This document shows, piece by piece, positions 16,811-26,082 of a stretch of 35,059 nucleotides of DNA; the stretch's first letter is position 1, and each line of letters begins with the position of its first letter. The notes beneath the pieces are model-generated. The model worked only from the letters and a program-made list of their open reading frames with translations, was not told the origin of the DNA and ran no database searches. The stretch comes from Dehalococcoidia bacterium (lineage in GTDB: Bacteria > Chloroflexota > Dehalococcoidia > Lucifugimonadales > UBA3495), in the NCBI GenBank assembly GCA_035714945.1, contig DASTLM010000374.1, positions 1 through 35,059 on the forward strand, read 5' to 3'. A program made the translations under genes and the position numbers.

Positions 16811-18250
16811 TCAGGTTCCGGCATCCTCTCCCTGGTTTAGCGTTGCTTGGCGATTCGCCTTGCCCCGGTCGGCAACGAACTGCTGAAGGTCTGTCCAGTC
16901 CTGAAGCAGTCCCTGCATCTGCTCGTCGGCAACGTCACCATGGCCATAGTGTACTTCCTGGAAACCGTCTACTATGTGGGCCACCGGGTCGGGAGGCAGC
17001 GTCTGGCCCAGCCCGCTCTGGTGCTCCTTGGGAGTCTGCTCTTCTCGTTTCGGGCGGCCAATGTCCTCTGACAGCAGCAAAAAGCTATGATACAGCTCCC
17101 TTGGATCCCGCGGTTCCGGACGCCGCCGGCCGTCTCCTCCGGCGGCCTGCACCAGATTATCCCACCAGCCGCTAATCACAGAGGCCAAATCCCGATTGGC
17201 CCGGTCCCAACTGAAGAGCGATTCCCTGGTCTCTTCAACCTCACCGGGGCTCTTGAAATAGCGGCGAAACCGGAACAGGTGAAACAATACCCATCCAACA
17301 ATGATGGTGGCCAACAAGAAAGCAGCCCACTTTAGCAAAGCGATCAAAAGTACGGGCGGTCCGCCCTGCTCCACTTCCTCCAGGCTATCGTGAAACTGTT
17401 GAATCTGCCGCTGCGCTTCCTCCAGACCGCTCAAGTCGCCACCGTCAAAGAAACCGGCAAACCAGTTAATCAACGCCACCATTCCCGCCGCGATAAATCC
17501 AATTCCCAGCGCAATTGGTTTTAGTATCCACAGTCCAATATTGCCAGCGAACCCAAATATCGCCCGGGTTACGTCGTCCAGGCCTCCCAGGCCCAGCAGG
17601 CTGATAACCAGGCCCAAAAGCAAGATCCCACCCACCGCCATTCCAATGGCAACGAACCATTCCGTGGACATTACCTGAGCTTCGCCTGACTCAGAGGCAA
17701 AACGGGCCATTGACAAACCCAGCAGTCCAACCCCAAAGAAGGCGATAACCAGGAAACCGCTGACCACGTCTTCCGCTGAAATGGCGTCCGCGATCACCGC
17801 TAGAAACACCATTCCCAATCCCCATTGGAAGGTGCTTCTGATGGTATCCAGGGTCACGTCTTCCTGAGCCACCCGGCTACCCCGCCACCAGAGCAACATC
17901 AGGAATCCGAAGCTCACCACTACCGTAGCTGCCGTGTTCAGGTCGCCGTTCAGTATTACTCCAAAGGGAATCAATCCGGACCTGGTAAGCACATTTGACA
18001 AAACCACCAAAGATACGACACTGGTCAGCAGACCCAGAATCCCTCTCAGGTTCAGAGAAAACCGAACTGTCTGAATGTACATGGACAGCAGAAAAGACCA
18101 CAGGAGGGCCAGGAAAGCTAGACCGAAGGGCACCCTGGCCTCGGGTAGCTGAATAATAGTGGTAGCCACGCTGAAGGCCAGATAAAAGACGCAGGTCTCC
18201 AGAAACAGGGCGACGCCAATTAGGACACTAGTCCGCCAGAACCTGGTCAT
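16811..18250 (-). CDS. polytopic membrane protein with a C-terminal DUF4129-like domain
   Basis: About 10 hydrophobic helices are followed by a soluble tail (PRELYHSFLLLSEDIGRPKREEQTPKEH..YGHGDV) resembling DUF4129. I see no transglutaminase Cys-His-Asp core. A start at ATG 18250 would overlap the DUF58 stop by 23 nt, whereas the longest ORF starts at 18343. Confidence 0.7.
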   Translation of the reverse strand: MTRFWRTSVLIGVALFLETCVFYLAFSVATTIIQLPEARVPFGLAFLALLWSFLLSMYIQTVRFSLNLRGILGLLTSVVSLVVLSNVLTRSGLIPFGVILNGDLNTAATVVVSFGFLMLLWWRGSRVAQEDVTLDTIRSTFQWGLGMVFLAVIADAISAEDVVSGFLVIAFFGVGLLGLSMARFASESGEAQVMSTEWFVAIGMAVGGILLLGLVISLLGLGGLDDVTRAIFGFAGNIGLWILKPIALGIGFIAAGMVALINWFAGFFDGGDLSGLEEAQRQIQQFHDSLEEVEQGGPPVLLIALLKWAAFLLATIIVGWVLFHLFRFRRYFKSPGEVEETRESLFSWDRANRDLASVISGWWDNLVQAAGGDGRRRPEPRDPRELYHSFLLLSEDIGRPKREEQTPKEHQSGLGQTLPPDPVAHIVDGFQEVHYGHGDVADEQMQGLLQDWTDLQQFVADRGKANRQATLNQGEDAGT

Positions 18251-19451
18251 CCCGCTCCAATGCCTCCAAAACCCGGCCCATTCGATAGATCGGAACTTCT
18301 GGCAAAGTGATTCTCGGGCCGCGGTCGCCGGTGTAAAACACAATCACTTGATATCCCTGGTCCCGGATTTCAGCGACCTCCTCTGCCAGAGCCGGGGTCA
18401 TCACGGCCGTAACCAGGGCCACGGTCGTACCGGACCGAAATGAGCTTCGTTGGGTGCGCAACACCTCCGGCAGCGAAGCCACGGCGTAGGTCCCAGCCAG
18501 GGCCAGCGACTCCAACACCGACCCGATCTGGGCATTGGAACTGCTGGCCGGGACGTTGACCCATTTGCCACTGAAGACCGCCACCGAGTTGCTGACTAGC
18601 CCAAAACTTTGGCCTCGGTCGGCGCAGTATTTAGCTACCGAGGCCGCCACGGTAACGGAACGCTCGAACAGACGACGATTACTGCCCTGCCAGGCGTGCT
18701 CCCCGGTGGCGGCGTTCAACGCGATCAACACATTCAGCGACACCACCGGCTCAAAGGTCTTGGTCTGCAGCGCCGACCGCCGGGCGGTGGCCTTCCAATC
18801 GACGTGCTTCATGGGATCAGTCGGGTAATAATCCCGAAGGCTAAGGAAGCGACTGGGATCTTGATACAATCTTCTTGAACCGTGGAATTCGCCAAAGGGA
18901 TGCTCGGCAGGAAATAATAACTGTTGAAGCTCGAAAACTCTGGGGTAAACCAGAAGGTGCTTCACCTCGGGTAGCTGGACTTCAGCGGCGGTGAACCCAA
19001 AAATATCGCCGCTACGCAGCCTCACCGGGCCGATACGGTGGTAACCCCGGGAGTTGCAATGCAGGCGATACTTCCACGAGACTCGCTGATAGGGCAACAA
19101 GGAGGTGGTAATGCGGTGCTCTTTGGAACCTGCGGCGGCAGACCCTCGCAGGTTGGTTCCCGTCAGGTCCAGACCAGACGGGAACGTATCCTGAATATCC
19201 ACCCAGATCAGGGGCAGTATTTTCTCGTTGGAGAGGGTTACCGTATATTCGAGCACATCACCGATGAAGGCACGCCCGTGGGAGAGGGTCCGGCTATGGC
19301 TCACATCTTGGAAGGCGTAACGATCCCAGAACTTGGTCAGCATCCAGACGATGATTACCAGGGATCCGACCACGATCAACAACCCCTGGCTGGTCAGCAG
19401 ACCGATCAGGATGACGATGGCGCTGATCAGGAGCCAGAGGTCGTTAAGCAT
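18228..19451 (-). CDS. DUF58-domain protein
   Basis: Two N-terminal TM helices plus the DUF58-type motif LRDYYPTDPMKHVDWKATARR. It sits immediately downstream of MoxR. Confidence 0.85.
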   Translation of the reverse strand: MLNDLWLLISAIVILIGLLTSQGLLIVVGSLVIIVWMLTKFWDRYAFQDVSHSRTLSHGRAFIGDVLEYTVTLSNEKILPLIWVDIQDTFPSGLDLTGTNLRGSAAAGSKEHRITTSLLPYQRVSWKYRLHCNSRGYHRIGPVRLRSGDIFGFTAAEVQLPEVKHLLVYPRVFELQQLLFPAEHPFGEFHGSRRLYQDPSRFLSLRDYYPTDPMKHVDWKATARRSALQTKTFEPVVSLNVLIALNAATGEHAWQGSNRRLFERSVTVAASVAKYCADRGQSFGLVSNSVAVFSGKWVNVPASSSNAQIGSVLESLALAGTYAVASLPEVLRTQRSSFRSGTTVALVTAVMTPALAEEVAEIRDQGYQVIVFYTGDRGPRITLPEVPIYRMGRVLEALERDDQVLAD

Positions 19452-19465
19452 ACGTCTTCGGCAGC

Positions 19466-20422
19466 CTAAACCGGAACTTCAATCTGATTGAGGATTTCGC
19501 CAATTATGGAATCAGGACTGCGCTCCCGCAGGCGGGCCTGAGATTGCAGAATCACCCGGTGGGCCAGGGTAAATGGGGCCAGGGTCTTGATCTCGTCAGG
19601 CGTAACGTATTCCCGGCCTCGAATTGCCGACAGGGCCTGGGCGCACCGATAAAGGCCCATGCTAGCTCGGGGACTGGCTCCCAGTTCGACTTCGGGATGC
19701 TTTCGGGTGGCCTGGACTATCCGTATCAAATAGGTTCGCAAAACCGGGTCGACGTATACTCGTTGCACCGTGTTCTGAAACTCAACAACCTCTTGCGCTC
19801 CAGAAACCGCCTTCAGGTCTGACAGGGGATCAACCCCCTCAAACCGTACCAGCATCTCCTCTTCTTCGGCTTCGTCAGGATAGCCCATTCGCAGTCTGAT
19901 CAGGAATCGGTCAAGCTGGGCCTCCGGCAATGGAAATGTGCCCTCCAATTCGATGGGGTTCTGGGTGGCAATGACCATGAAGGGGGCCGGCAACAGGAAG
20001 GTCGTTTCGTCAATGGTAACTTGATGCTCGGCCATCGCTTCCAGCAAGGCCGATTGAGTGCGCGGGGTCGCGCGATTGATTTCGTCAGCCAGCACCACCT
20101 GCGCCATGATCGGGCCGGGGCGAAATTCGAATTCACTACTCTTCTGATTGAAGTAGTGGACGCCCGTAATATCGGAGGGCATCAGGTCTGGGGTGCATTG
20201 TATTCGCTTGAAAATACAGCCCAGCGAACTGGCTAAGGAGCGGGCCAGGGTGGTCTTGCCAATGCCGGGAACGTCCTCAATCAGCACGTGACCGCCGCTG
20301 AAAACCGCGGCCAAGACCAGCTCGATCAAGTTGCCCTTGCCCACCAGCACCCGGCCAATGTTGGCCTTGATGGCGGCGGCGGCCAGGGCTACCCGTTCTA
20401 TTCCGACGGAATTCTGCAACAT
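19466..20422 (-). CDS. MoxR-family AAA+ ATPase
   Basis: Walker A VPGIGKTTLA, Walker B VVLADEINRA, ATQNP, and a length of about 318 aa. Confidence 0.93.
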   Translation of the reverse strand: MLQNSVGIERVALAAAAIKANIGRVLVGKGNLIELVLAAVFSGGHVLIEDVPGIGKTTLARSLASSLGCIFKRIQCTPDLMPSDITGVHYFNQKSSEFEFRPGPIMAQVVLADEINRATPRTQSALLEAMAEHQVTIDETTFLLPAPFMVIATQNPIELEGTFPLPEAQLDRFLIRLRMGYPDEAEEEEMLVRFEGVDPLSDLKAVSGAQEVVEFQNTVQRVYVDPVLRTYLIRIVQATRKHPEVELGASPRASMGLYRCAQALSAIRGREYVTPDEIKTLAPFTLAHRVILQSQARLRERSPDSIIGEILNQIEVPV

Positions 20423-20438
20423 TTAGCCGGCGCCAGAC

Positions 20439-21143
20439 TTAGGTGGCGCCGCCCATAAATTCCTCAGCTTCTCTCAGGTCTTTGAACGAGTCCACACTGC
20501 GCCAGAAGGATCTGGACTTCAAGGCAGAAATCCGGCCCGCCTGAGCCAACTGCGGGAAGGTCTCGACCTCGTGGTCGCCCAGGTCGGGCAGTTCCGGCGC
20601 GATGCTCCGATCGAACATGTAGATGCCCGCGTTGATCCAGTATGGCAACTCCACTTTTTCCCGGAAACCGATTACAGCATCATGGTCGTTGGTATCCACC
20701 AGTCCGTAAGGACTGATCATGGGCACGACCATGATGGTCGCCAGGTGAGACTCATTGTTGATTTTGCTTCTCTGGTAAGTTTCCAGCACCGCGCCGGGCG
20801 GTTGTGAGGTAATGATGTCCCCGTTGAGCACCAGCACCGAATCTTCTTCCTCCGGCACATAAGAGAACCCCTGCTTGATGGCACCCCCACGACCCAGGGG
20901 CGAGTCCTCTACGCTGTAGTGGGCGCGGATACCAAAACCTGACCCATCACCAAAATAGTCTTTAATGGTCTGCCAGCGGTAGCCAACCAGAAAGACCACA
21001 TCGGTAACGCCCACTGGCTTGAGCCAATCTATCTGGTGCCAGAGGATGGGCTTTTCGCCCACCGGCACCATGGGTTTGGGTACCGAATCGGTCAGCGGTC
21101 GGAGTCGTTCCCCTTTCCCGCCGGCAAGAATCAGGGCATACAT
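20439..21143 (-). CDS. sugar-phosphate nucleotidyltransferase (NTP_transferase family)
   Basis: The N-terminus LILAGGKGERLRPLTDSVPKPMVPV is the G-x-G-x-R-L signature. The substrate cannot be assigned. Confidence 0.85.
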   Translation of the reverse strand: MYALILAGGKGERLRPLTDSVPKPMVPVGEKPILWHQIDWLKPVGVTDVVFLVGYRWQTIKDYFGDGSGFGIRAHYSVEDSPLGRGGAIKQGFSYVPEEEDSVLVLNGDIITSQPPGAVLETYQRSKINNESHLATIMVVPMISPYGLVDTNDHDAVIGFREKVELPYWINAGIYMFDRSIAPELPDLGDHEVETFPQLAQAGRISALKSRSFWRSVDSFKDLREAEEFMGGAT

Positions 21144-21231
21144 GCAATCGGCCCCTCGCTAAAATTTCCTCGCCTACTGCCCGAGTCTGTTAGATACTAT
21201 AACTGGCGGGAACATGGTGGTCAACGACGAA

Positions 21232-21693
21232 TCAGTCTACAATATTGCTCTGGAACTCTACCCCGGCTCCAACAATTTCTATTTGCATGGCGCGCACGTC
21301 CGGGGCGTTTTGGTCAAACAGTACGCCCAGGGTAATGTTGATACCCTGGTTTACTACCGGGTTGCCGGGAACCTCAAATCGGGCTTCCAGATGGTCCCCC
21401 TTGAGGTTGATGTCCATATGCTCGGCGATCCTCTTTTCCCCATCGTACACGATGACTTCATGGACCGTAGCCTTGGGGCGAGTACGAAAACTCAACAAGG
21501 CGGCGTTGGCCTGCACTCGGGTGCCGTTGGTCACCGTGGGGGTGGGAATCGGAAAATGCACCCAGGTATTCTGTCCTTCGGAACCTTCCAGGCGAACGAA
21601 GGGCCCGGTGTGTCGAACCGAGGTAAGTCGATCTGGGTATTCTATTCGCAGGCTGGTCCCGTGGACCCAGGTGGTAAATTTGTTATCTGGCAT
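21232..21693 (-). CDS. hypothetical protein (153 aa, predicted beta-rich, no recognised motif)
   Basis: The ATG at 21693 is preceded by GGGAGGGAGTAAA. There is no TM helix or signal peptide. The upstream extension to 21822 runs through the SD repeat and is rejected. Confidence 0.6.
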   Translation of the reverse strand: MPDNKFTTWVHGTSLRIEYPDRLTSVRHTGPFVRLEGSEGQNTWVHFPIPTPTVTNGTRVQANAALLSFRTRPKATVHEVIVYDGEKRIAEHMDINLKGDHLEARFEVPGNPVVNQGINITLGVLFDQNAPDVRAMQIEIVGAGVEFQSNIVD

Positions 21694-21701
21694 TTTACTC
21701 C

Positions 21702-21727
21702 CTCCCTTTGCTCGCTCCCTTTGCTCG
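21702..21727 (-). repeat. 13-nt tandem duplication carrying AAGGGAG SD-like cores just upstream of the start at 21693
   Basis: The minus strand reads GGGGAG cgagcaaagggag cgagcaaagggag GGAGTAAA ATG. Confidence 0.9.
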
Positions 21728-21840
21728 CTCCCCAGGAATACTGGAAGCAACTCCCTCGAATCAACCTGAGCCAATACCTGCGGACAAATTCGCCCGATCC
21801 CTCGCCGGGGAGACTGATTCACCCGAACCAGGTTGAACCG

Positions 21841-22644
21841 CTACGCCGCTTCAGGTTTCAAAAAGTCCAGCAAAGCGTCGATAAAGGTTTCTGGGTCTTC
21901 AATTTGTGGGATATGACCCAGATTCGGCAGCACCTTTTTGCTGGCGTTAGTTATGTTGTTATGGAGCAGTTCTTCTCCCTCCCGCAGCCGGTCATGCTCG
22001 CCATACATTACCAGGGTAGCGCTGGCCTTGATTCGCGGCAACCGGGACAAGATGTCGTAGTAGGCCAGAGATTCCAGCAACTTTTTCACCCACACTCCAG
22101 CTTGGGCCCGGGTCTGATTGGTGGCATCCACCCATTCTTGCCGGGGTTCAACGAAAGTTGTCTGGCTTCTCATATCTTCCAGGGTCCGGGGTTTAGGCAG
22201 ACCATTTTCATCGTAGTTTACCGCTGCCTCCGCCAGACGTTGTGTCGCGGTGTAGGGGTTCCAGACCGGGCAGCCCACCAGCACCAATTTGTCCAGCCGT
22301 TCGGGATAGCGGGCCGCCATTTCTGCAGCCAGGCAAGCTCCTACTGAATTGCCAACGTAGTGGCCCCGATGAATATTCAATAACTGGCAGGCTTGATCCA
22401 AAGCCCTGGCGTAGTCTGGCAGGTTAAAGTGACGGTTGGGTTTGTCCGATTCGCCATGCCCCAGCATGTCGAAAGCGTAACAGGTGTAATGTTGGCTCAA
22501 CGCATCCATCACGGTGTGCCAGGCCCAGGTAGAAGTCCCCAGGGGGTGAAGCATTACCAGAGGATAGCCGCTTCCCTGCTTCACGAAATGCATATTCCCT
22601 TCCGGCGTAGGCACTGAGTCTTTGAGATCACGTCGGACGAACAT
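21841..22644 (-). CDS. alpha/beta-fold hydrolase
   Basis: LVMLHPLG, FDMLGHGESD, nucleophile elbow GNSVG and C-terminal GHIPQIEDP. A GGGAGGG SD precedes the ATG. Confidence 0.85.
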   Translation of the reverse strand: MFVRRDLKDSVPTPEGNMHFVKQGSGYPLVMLHPLGTSTWAWHTVMDALSQHYTCYAFDMLGHGESDKPNRHFNLPDYARALDQACQLLNIHRGHYVGNSVGACLAAEMAARYPERLDKLVLVGCPVWNPYTATQRLAEAAVNYDENGLPKPRTLEDMRSQTTFVEPRQEWVDATNQTRAQAGVWVKKLLESLAYYDILSRLPRIKASATLVMYGEHDRLREGEELLHNNITNASKKVLPNLGHIPQIEDPETFIDALLDFLKPEAA

Positions 22645-22885
22645 AAGCCCTCCCTGCCGATAAAGTTTGTTTCGGAACGAATTTGGTGCAACCAGTACAG
22701 CCTGATCCCCTTCAAGGCTATCCTAATCATTGCCTGTATATCTGTCAATTTGAGGGCCAAGGGCGAATATGCCCCGATGGATAGAATCAAAAAGCCGGCG
22801 AATTTAGGGCTGACTATCAGTCAACATATGCCGGGTTGGCAGATACCAACGGGCGCCTGCCGACCTGCGCCGGCGTGTGTTAAAG

Positions 22886-22921
22886 TTTTAACAATACTTT
22901 TAACAATACTTTTAATAGTAC
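22886..22921 (+). repeat. 12-nt AT-rich tandem repeat x3 (ttttaacaatac) upstream of the acyl-CoA dehydrogenase-like gene
   Basis: Two perfect copies plus ttttaatagtac. The repeat ends 16 nt before the ATG at 22938 and directly precedes the GGGAGG SD. Confidence 0.9.
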
Positions 22922-22937
22922 AGCGGGAGGTGTTCTC

Positions 22938-24092
22938 ATGAGGATTGAGACCATCCTGGAAGGGACCCCCCAGTTGGCCGCGGAGTGGGCCGCCCAGTGG
23001 GCGGACCGGCAGGAGCGCACCCAGGCAGACCCGGCCGACTATGATCAGCTTGGCAAATTGGGGGTGCCGATGATGGCGGTTCCAATGGAGTTCGGCGGCA
23101 CCTGGCAGAGCCAATCTCAATCGGCCCGGCCCATCTGCACGCTGCTCCGGATCCTGGCCCAGGGCGACTCCTCGATAACCCTGGCCAGCGCCATGCATCA
23201 TCTGGTGCTGTCCGCCTGGCGAGTGCCAGCTGCCCCAGAGCCCTACGCGTACGCCTGGGCCAAACAGCGAAAAGAGGTTTTCCAGACGGTGCTGGACGGA
23301 GCCTGGTGGGGCACCATCATTTCGGAGCCAGGCAGCGGCGGCGACATAAGTTTGAGCCGGGCCCGGTGCGTTCCGGTCGCTCCGGATTCCCTGCAGTACC
23401 GCATTTCTGGTCGGAAGCACTTCGGCAGCGGCTCCGGGATCACCTCCTTCATGACCACCCAGGCCATCCCCCAGGGGGATGCGGCTCCCGATCTGTTTTA
23501 TCTGGAAACGCGTGGTCATCCCTGGGACGGAAGCACCGGCATGAAGCTGACCGCGCAATGGCGGGGACATGGAATGATGTCCACCAACAGTCATGCCTTT
23601 GAGTTCAACGACTTCCCGGCCACCCGCATTGCCTGCCCTTCCAGTCAGATCGAGCAGATCGCCGGTAACGTGGGCCTGGGCAGCCTGGTCTTCACTTCAG
23701 TCATCGTCGGTGTGGTCGACGCGGCCATGGGCTACACTCGCCAGCAACTGTCGGAAATCCGCCGCCAGGGCAACAGCTTGCGCGCCTATCAGCAGGTGGA
23801 GTGGACCCTGGCCGACCAGGAATACTGGGTGATCGACCAGTTATGGGAGTCGGCGATGCGGGCCTTCGACCGGGACACCCAGGACCGGCGTTCCAATCTG
23901 TTGGCTAAGGAAAGTGTGGCCCGTCTCGCCGAGTCGGTGTTAAGTCGTTTATGCAAGCTGATGGGCGGCACAGCCTACACCCGGTACTCGCCCCTGGGGT
24001 CCTGGTACCAGGATGTGCGTGCCCTGGGTTACCTGCGGCCTCCCTGGACGCTGGCCTTTGAGCAAATGTATCAACTGTCCTGGCAGGAATAA
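22938..24092 (+). CDS. acyl-CoA dehydrogenase-fold flavoprotein (possibly monooxygenase-type)
   Basis: ACAD-like layout with SEPGSGGD, a middle beta-domain (YRISGRKHFGSGSG) and a C-terminal helical domain. Confidence 0.8.
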   Translation: MRIETILEGTPQLAAEWAAQWADRQERTQADPADYDQLGKLGVPMMAVPMEFGGTWQSQSQSARPICTLLRILAQGDSSITLASAMHHLVLSAWRVPAAPEPYAYAWAKQRKEVFQTVLDGAWWGTIISEPGSGGDISLSRARCVPVAPDSLQYRISGRKHFGSGSGITSFMTTQAIPQGDAAPDLFYLETRGHPWDGSTGMKLTAQWRGHGMMSTNSHAFEFNDFPATRIACPSSQIEQIAGNVGLGSLVFTSVIVGVVDAAMGYTRQQLSEIRRQGNSLRAYQQVEWTLADQEYWVIDQLWESAMRAFDRDTQDRRSNLLAKESVARLAESVLSRLCKLMGGTAYTRYSPLGSWYQDVRALGYLRPPWTLAFEQMYQLSWQE

Positions 24093-24161
24093 TCGCATGT
24101 GGTGGGAAAAACCTGAACCTCAGGAACCGGAGCCGACGCGGGGAGTCAGCAGTGGGTCGGG

Positions 24162-25466
24162 TCATCTGACTTCGGCGCGAACCGAGTCTGCTTCCATTTC
24201 GCCGAGGCAGGCCAGGGTGATTGTGTTACCCAGGTTTTGTTCGCTACTGGCGGACACCCGCACGTAATTATCAGTTAGACCGCTCCACCAGGTCTCGCCT
24301 TGCCTTTTCCTCGATGCTTGCCACAACACTGGTCTGACCTGGCCGGATTGCTGCTCCCGGAATGCCAGAAAATTCCGGCGGGACATGTCCAGCATTTCCC
24401 GCATCCGTTCACCCTTGCTGGGCGCAGGCACCTGGTTTTCCAAGAAGGCGGCGCTGGTTCCGGGCCGGACCGAGTAGGGGAAAACGTGCATGTCGCTGAA
24501 AGCGATGGAATCAGCGAACCGCAAACTTTCCCTAAATTCGGCCTCTCCTTCCCCCGGAAAGCCAACAATTATATCCGTCGTGATTGCCGCATGGGGAACG
24601 GTGTGGCGGATCAGCTTGGCAGTGCGGACGAACTGAGCGGTGTCGTAGCGCCGGCGCATGGCCTTCAGGATGGTGTCGCAGCCGTTCTGCAGGGGAACAT
24701 GGAAGTGGGGACAAAGTCGATGGTTTCCCCACAATTTCAGCAGTTCGGGAGTGATCTCTTGCGCCTGCAACGACGAAACTCTGAGCCTGGCCACCCCAGT
24801 TTCCTTCAGCAGCCGTTCCAGCAGGTTACTGAGATTAGTTGCGGGCAGATCAAATCCGTACGTACCCAGTTGGGTGCCGGTCAAAACGACCTCCTGGCCA
24901 CCTTCTGAAACGTGCTGGTTGACCTGTTGGATCAGAGAATCCGGGGGGATACTGCGTTCCCGCCCCCGCACTCTGGGCACAATGCAGTAGGCGCAGACCT
25001 GGTTACAGCCTTCCTGAATTTTGATCATCGCCCGGACGCGGCCAAAATTCCGGCTGGCCGGCTTTCGCGTCGGTAGAGTTTGCCCGACTGGAATGCGGCC
25101 GCCGCTGGCTGGCTGATGGGTTGCCTGACCGAAGGCAGACACCAGCGACACCAGGTCATGTTTCTCGGTGTTCCCCACAACTAGAGAAACCGCGTCCAAC
25201 TGGTCTAGTTCCCGCGCTGCCCGCTGGGAGTAGCACCCGGTAGCCACGATGATGGCATTGGGGTTTTTGCGGCGGGCCGCCCGCAGCGCCTGGCGGGCCT
25301 TGGCATCGGCGGTGGCGGTTATGGTGCAGGTGTTAAGAACAAAAACATCGGCGTCGGTGGCTGAGTCCACCAGCTGGTATCCTGCTGCCAAAAACTGCCA
25401 GGCCAGCTGACTGCTGTCAGCTTGATTGAGCTTGCAACCCTGGGTGTGGATTGCTACGAATGGCAT
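24162..25466 (-). CDS. mtaB: radical-SAM methylthiotransferase, MtaB-like
   Basis: The N-terminal MTTase cysteines lie in GCKLNQ, NTCTIT and TGCYSQ. The radical-SAM motif is CNQVCAYCIVP. Confidence 0.85.
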   Translation of the reverse strand: MPFVAIHTQGCKLNQADSSQLAWQFLAAGYQLVDSATDADVFVLNTCTITATADAKARQALRAARRKNPNAIIVATGCYSQRAARELDQLDAVSLVVGNTEKHDLVSLVSAFGQATHQPASGGRIPVGQTLPTRKPASRNFGRVRAMIKIQEGCNQVCAYCIVPRVRGRERSIPPDSLIQQVNQHVSEGGQEVVLTGTQLGTYGFDLPATNLSNLLERLLKETGVARLRVSSLQAQEITPELLKLWGNHRLCPHFHVPLQNGCDTILKAMRRRYDTAQFVRTAKLIRHTVPHAAITTDIIVGFPGEGEAEFRESLRFADSIAFSDMHVFPYSVRPGTSAAFLENQVPAPSKGERMREMLDMSRRNFLAFREQQSGQVRPVLWQASRKRQGETWWSGLTDNYVRVSASSEQNLGNTITLACLGEMEADSVRAEVR

Positions 25467-25491
25467 GATGGTGGGGCGGTCGTTCCGGTCG

Positions 25492-25959
25492 TCAAGAACT
25501 TTCTTCAGCGAGCAGGCTGTCGCCAGTGTTGGCTGACACCAGTTCCCACAGCCGCTCGACGGCCGCGCTGACGTCGTCCAGCTGCAAGAACAGGTAGTCT
25601 ACCCGCGACCGGGATTCCCGGATCTGGTCCACTGCTTCAGAAAAGGCGGATAGCTGGGTGTACGCTTCCCGAATCCGCCGGTCTCGGTGTTTTTGACCCA
25701 GTTGGGCTGCGTACGAGCGCACTGCTTCGTCACCAACCAATTCTTCCCCAAGGGTCAGCGCCACCCCTTTAACCGCCAGGGTCAAGCTGCCCCAGATCAA
25801 CTCTTCAGACCGCATCCAGCGCCCGCTGCGCATTTCGCCAAAGGCGCTATCCAGGAGCCTCAGGCTTTGGCTGCGGTACCGCCGGATTTTCCCAGTAATT
25901 TCCCTGGCAGTAGAAGGATCTAGCATGGTTCCCTTTGGGCCACAGTTCTTGAGGGCCAT
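25492..25959 (-). CDS. small helical protein, PaREP1/HEPN-like (tentative)
   Basis: The all-helical pattern SEELIWGSLTLAVKGVALTLGEEL..LGQKHRD..AYTQLSAF resembles PaREP1-type HEPN-fold proteins. The start could instead be ATG 25926. The stop lies 25 nt upstream of the mtaB start. Confidence 0.5.
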   Translation of the reverse strand: MALKNCGPKGTMLDPSTAREITGKIRRYRSQSLRLLDSAFGEMRSGRWMRSEELIWGSLTLAVKGVALTLGEELVGDEAVRSYAAQLGQKHRDRRIREAYTQLSAFSEAVDQIRESRSRVDYLFLQLDDVSAAVERLWELVSANTGDSLLAEESS

Positions 25960-26082
25960 ATTCTAGCATAGAGTTTAATCGGGTTCGCTGCGGCCAGCAA
26001 CTCAATCAGGGCAGGATCAAATTTTAACCGGGCCCCTCGCATTAGGGCGAGACCGTTGCCATCAAAGCCAAAATAAAGACCC

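Noticed and set aside
21214-22347. 377-aa plus-strand ORF spanning the orphan gene and the alpha/beta hydrolase
   Set aside because: It is antisense to two ORFs with good SDs and recognisable hydrolase motifs. Its own translation has no motifs and no RBS.
22821-23594. 257-aa ORF antisense to the acyl-CoA dehydrogenase-like gene
   Set aside because: It has no motifs, overlaps the promoter repeat region, and the opposite strand has a proper SD, ATG and ACAD-like domains.
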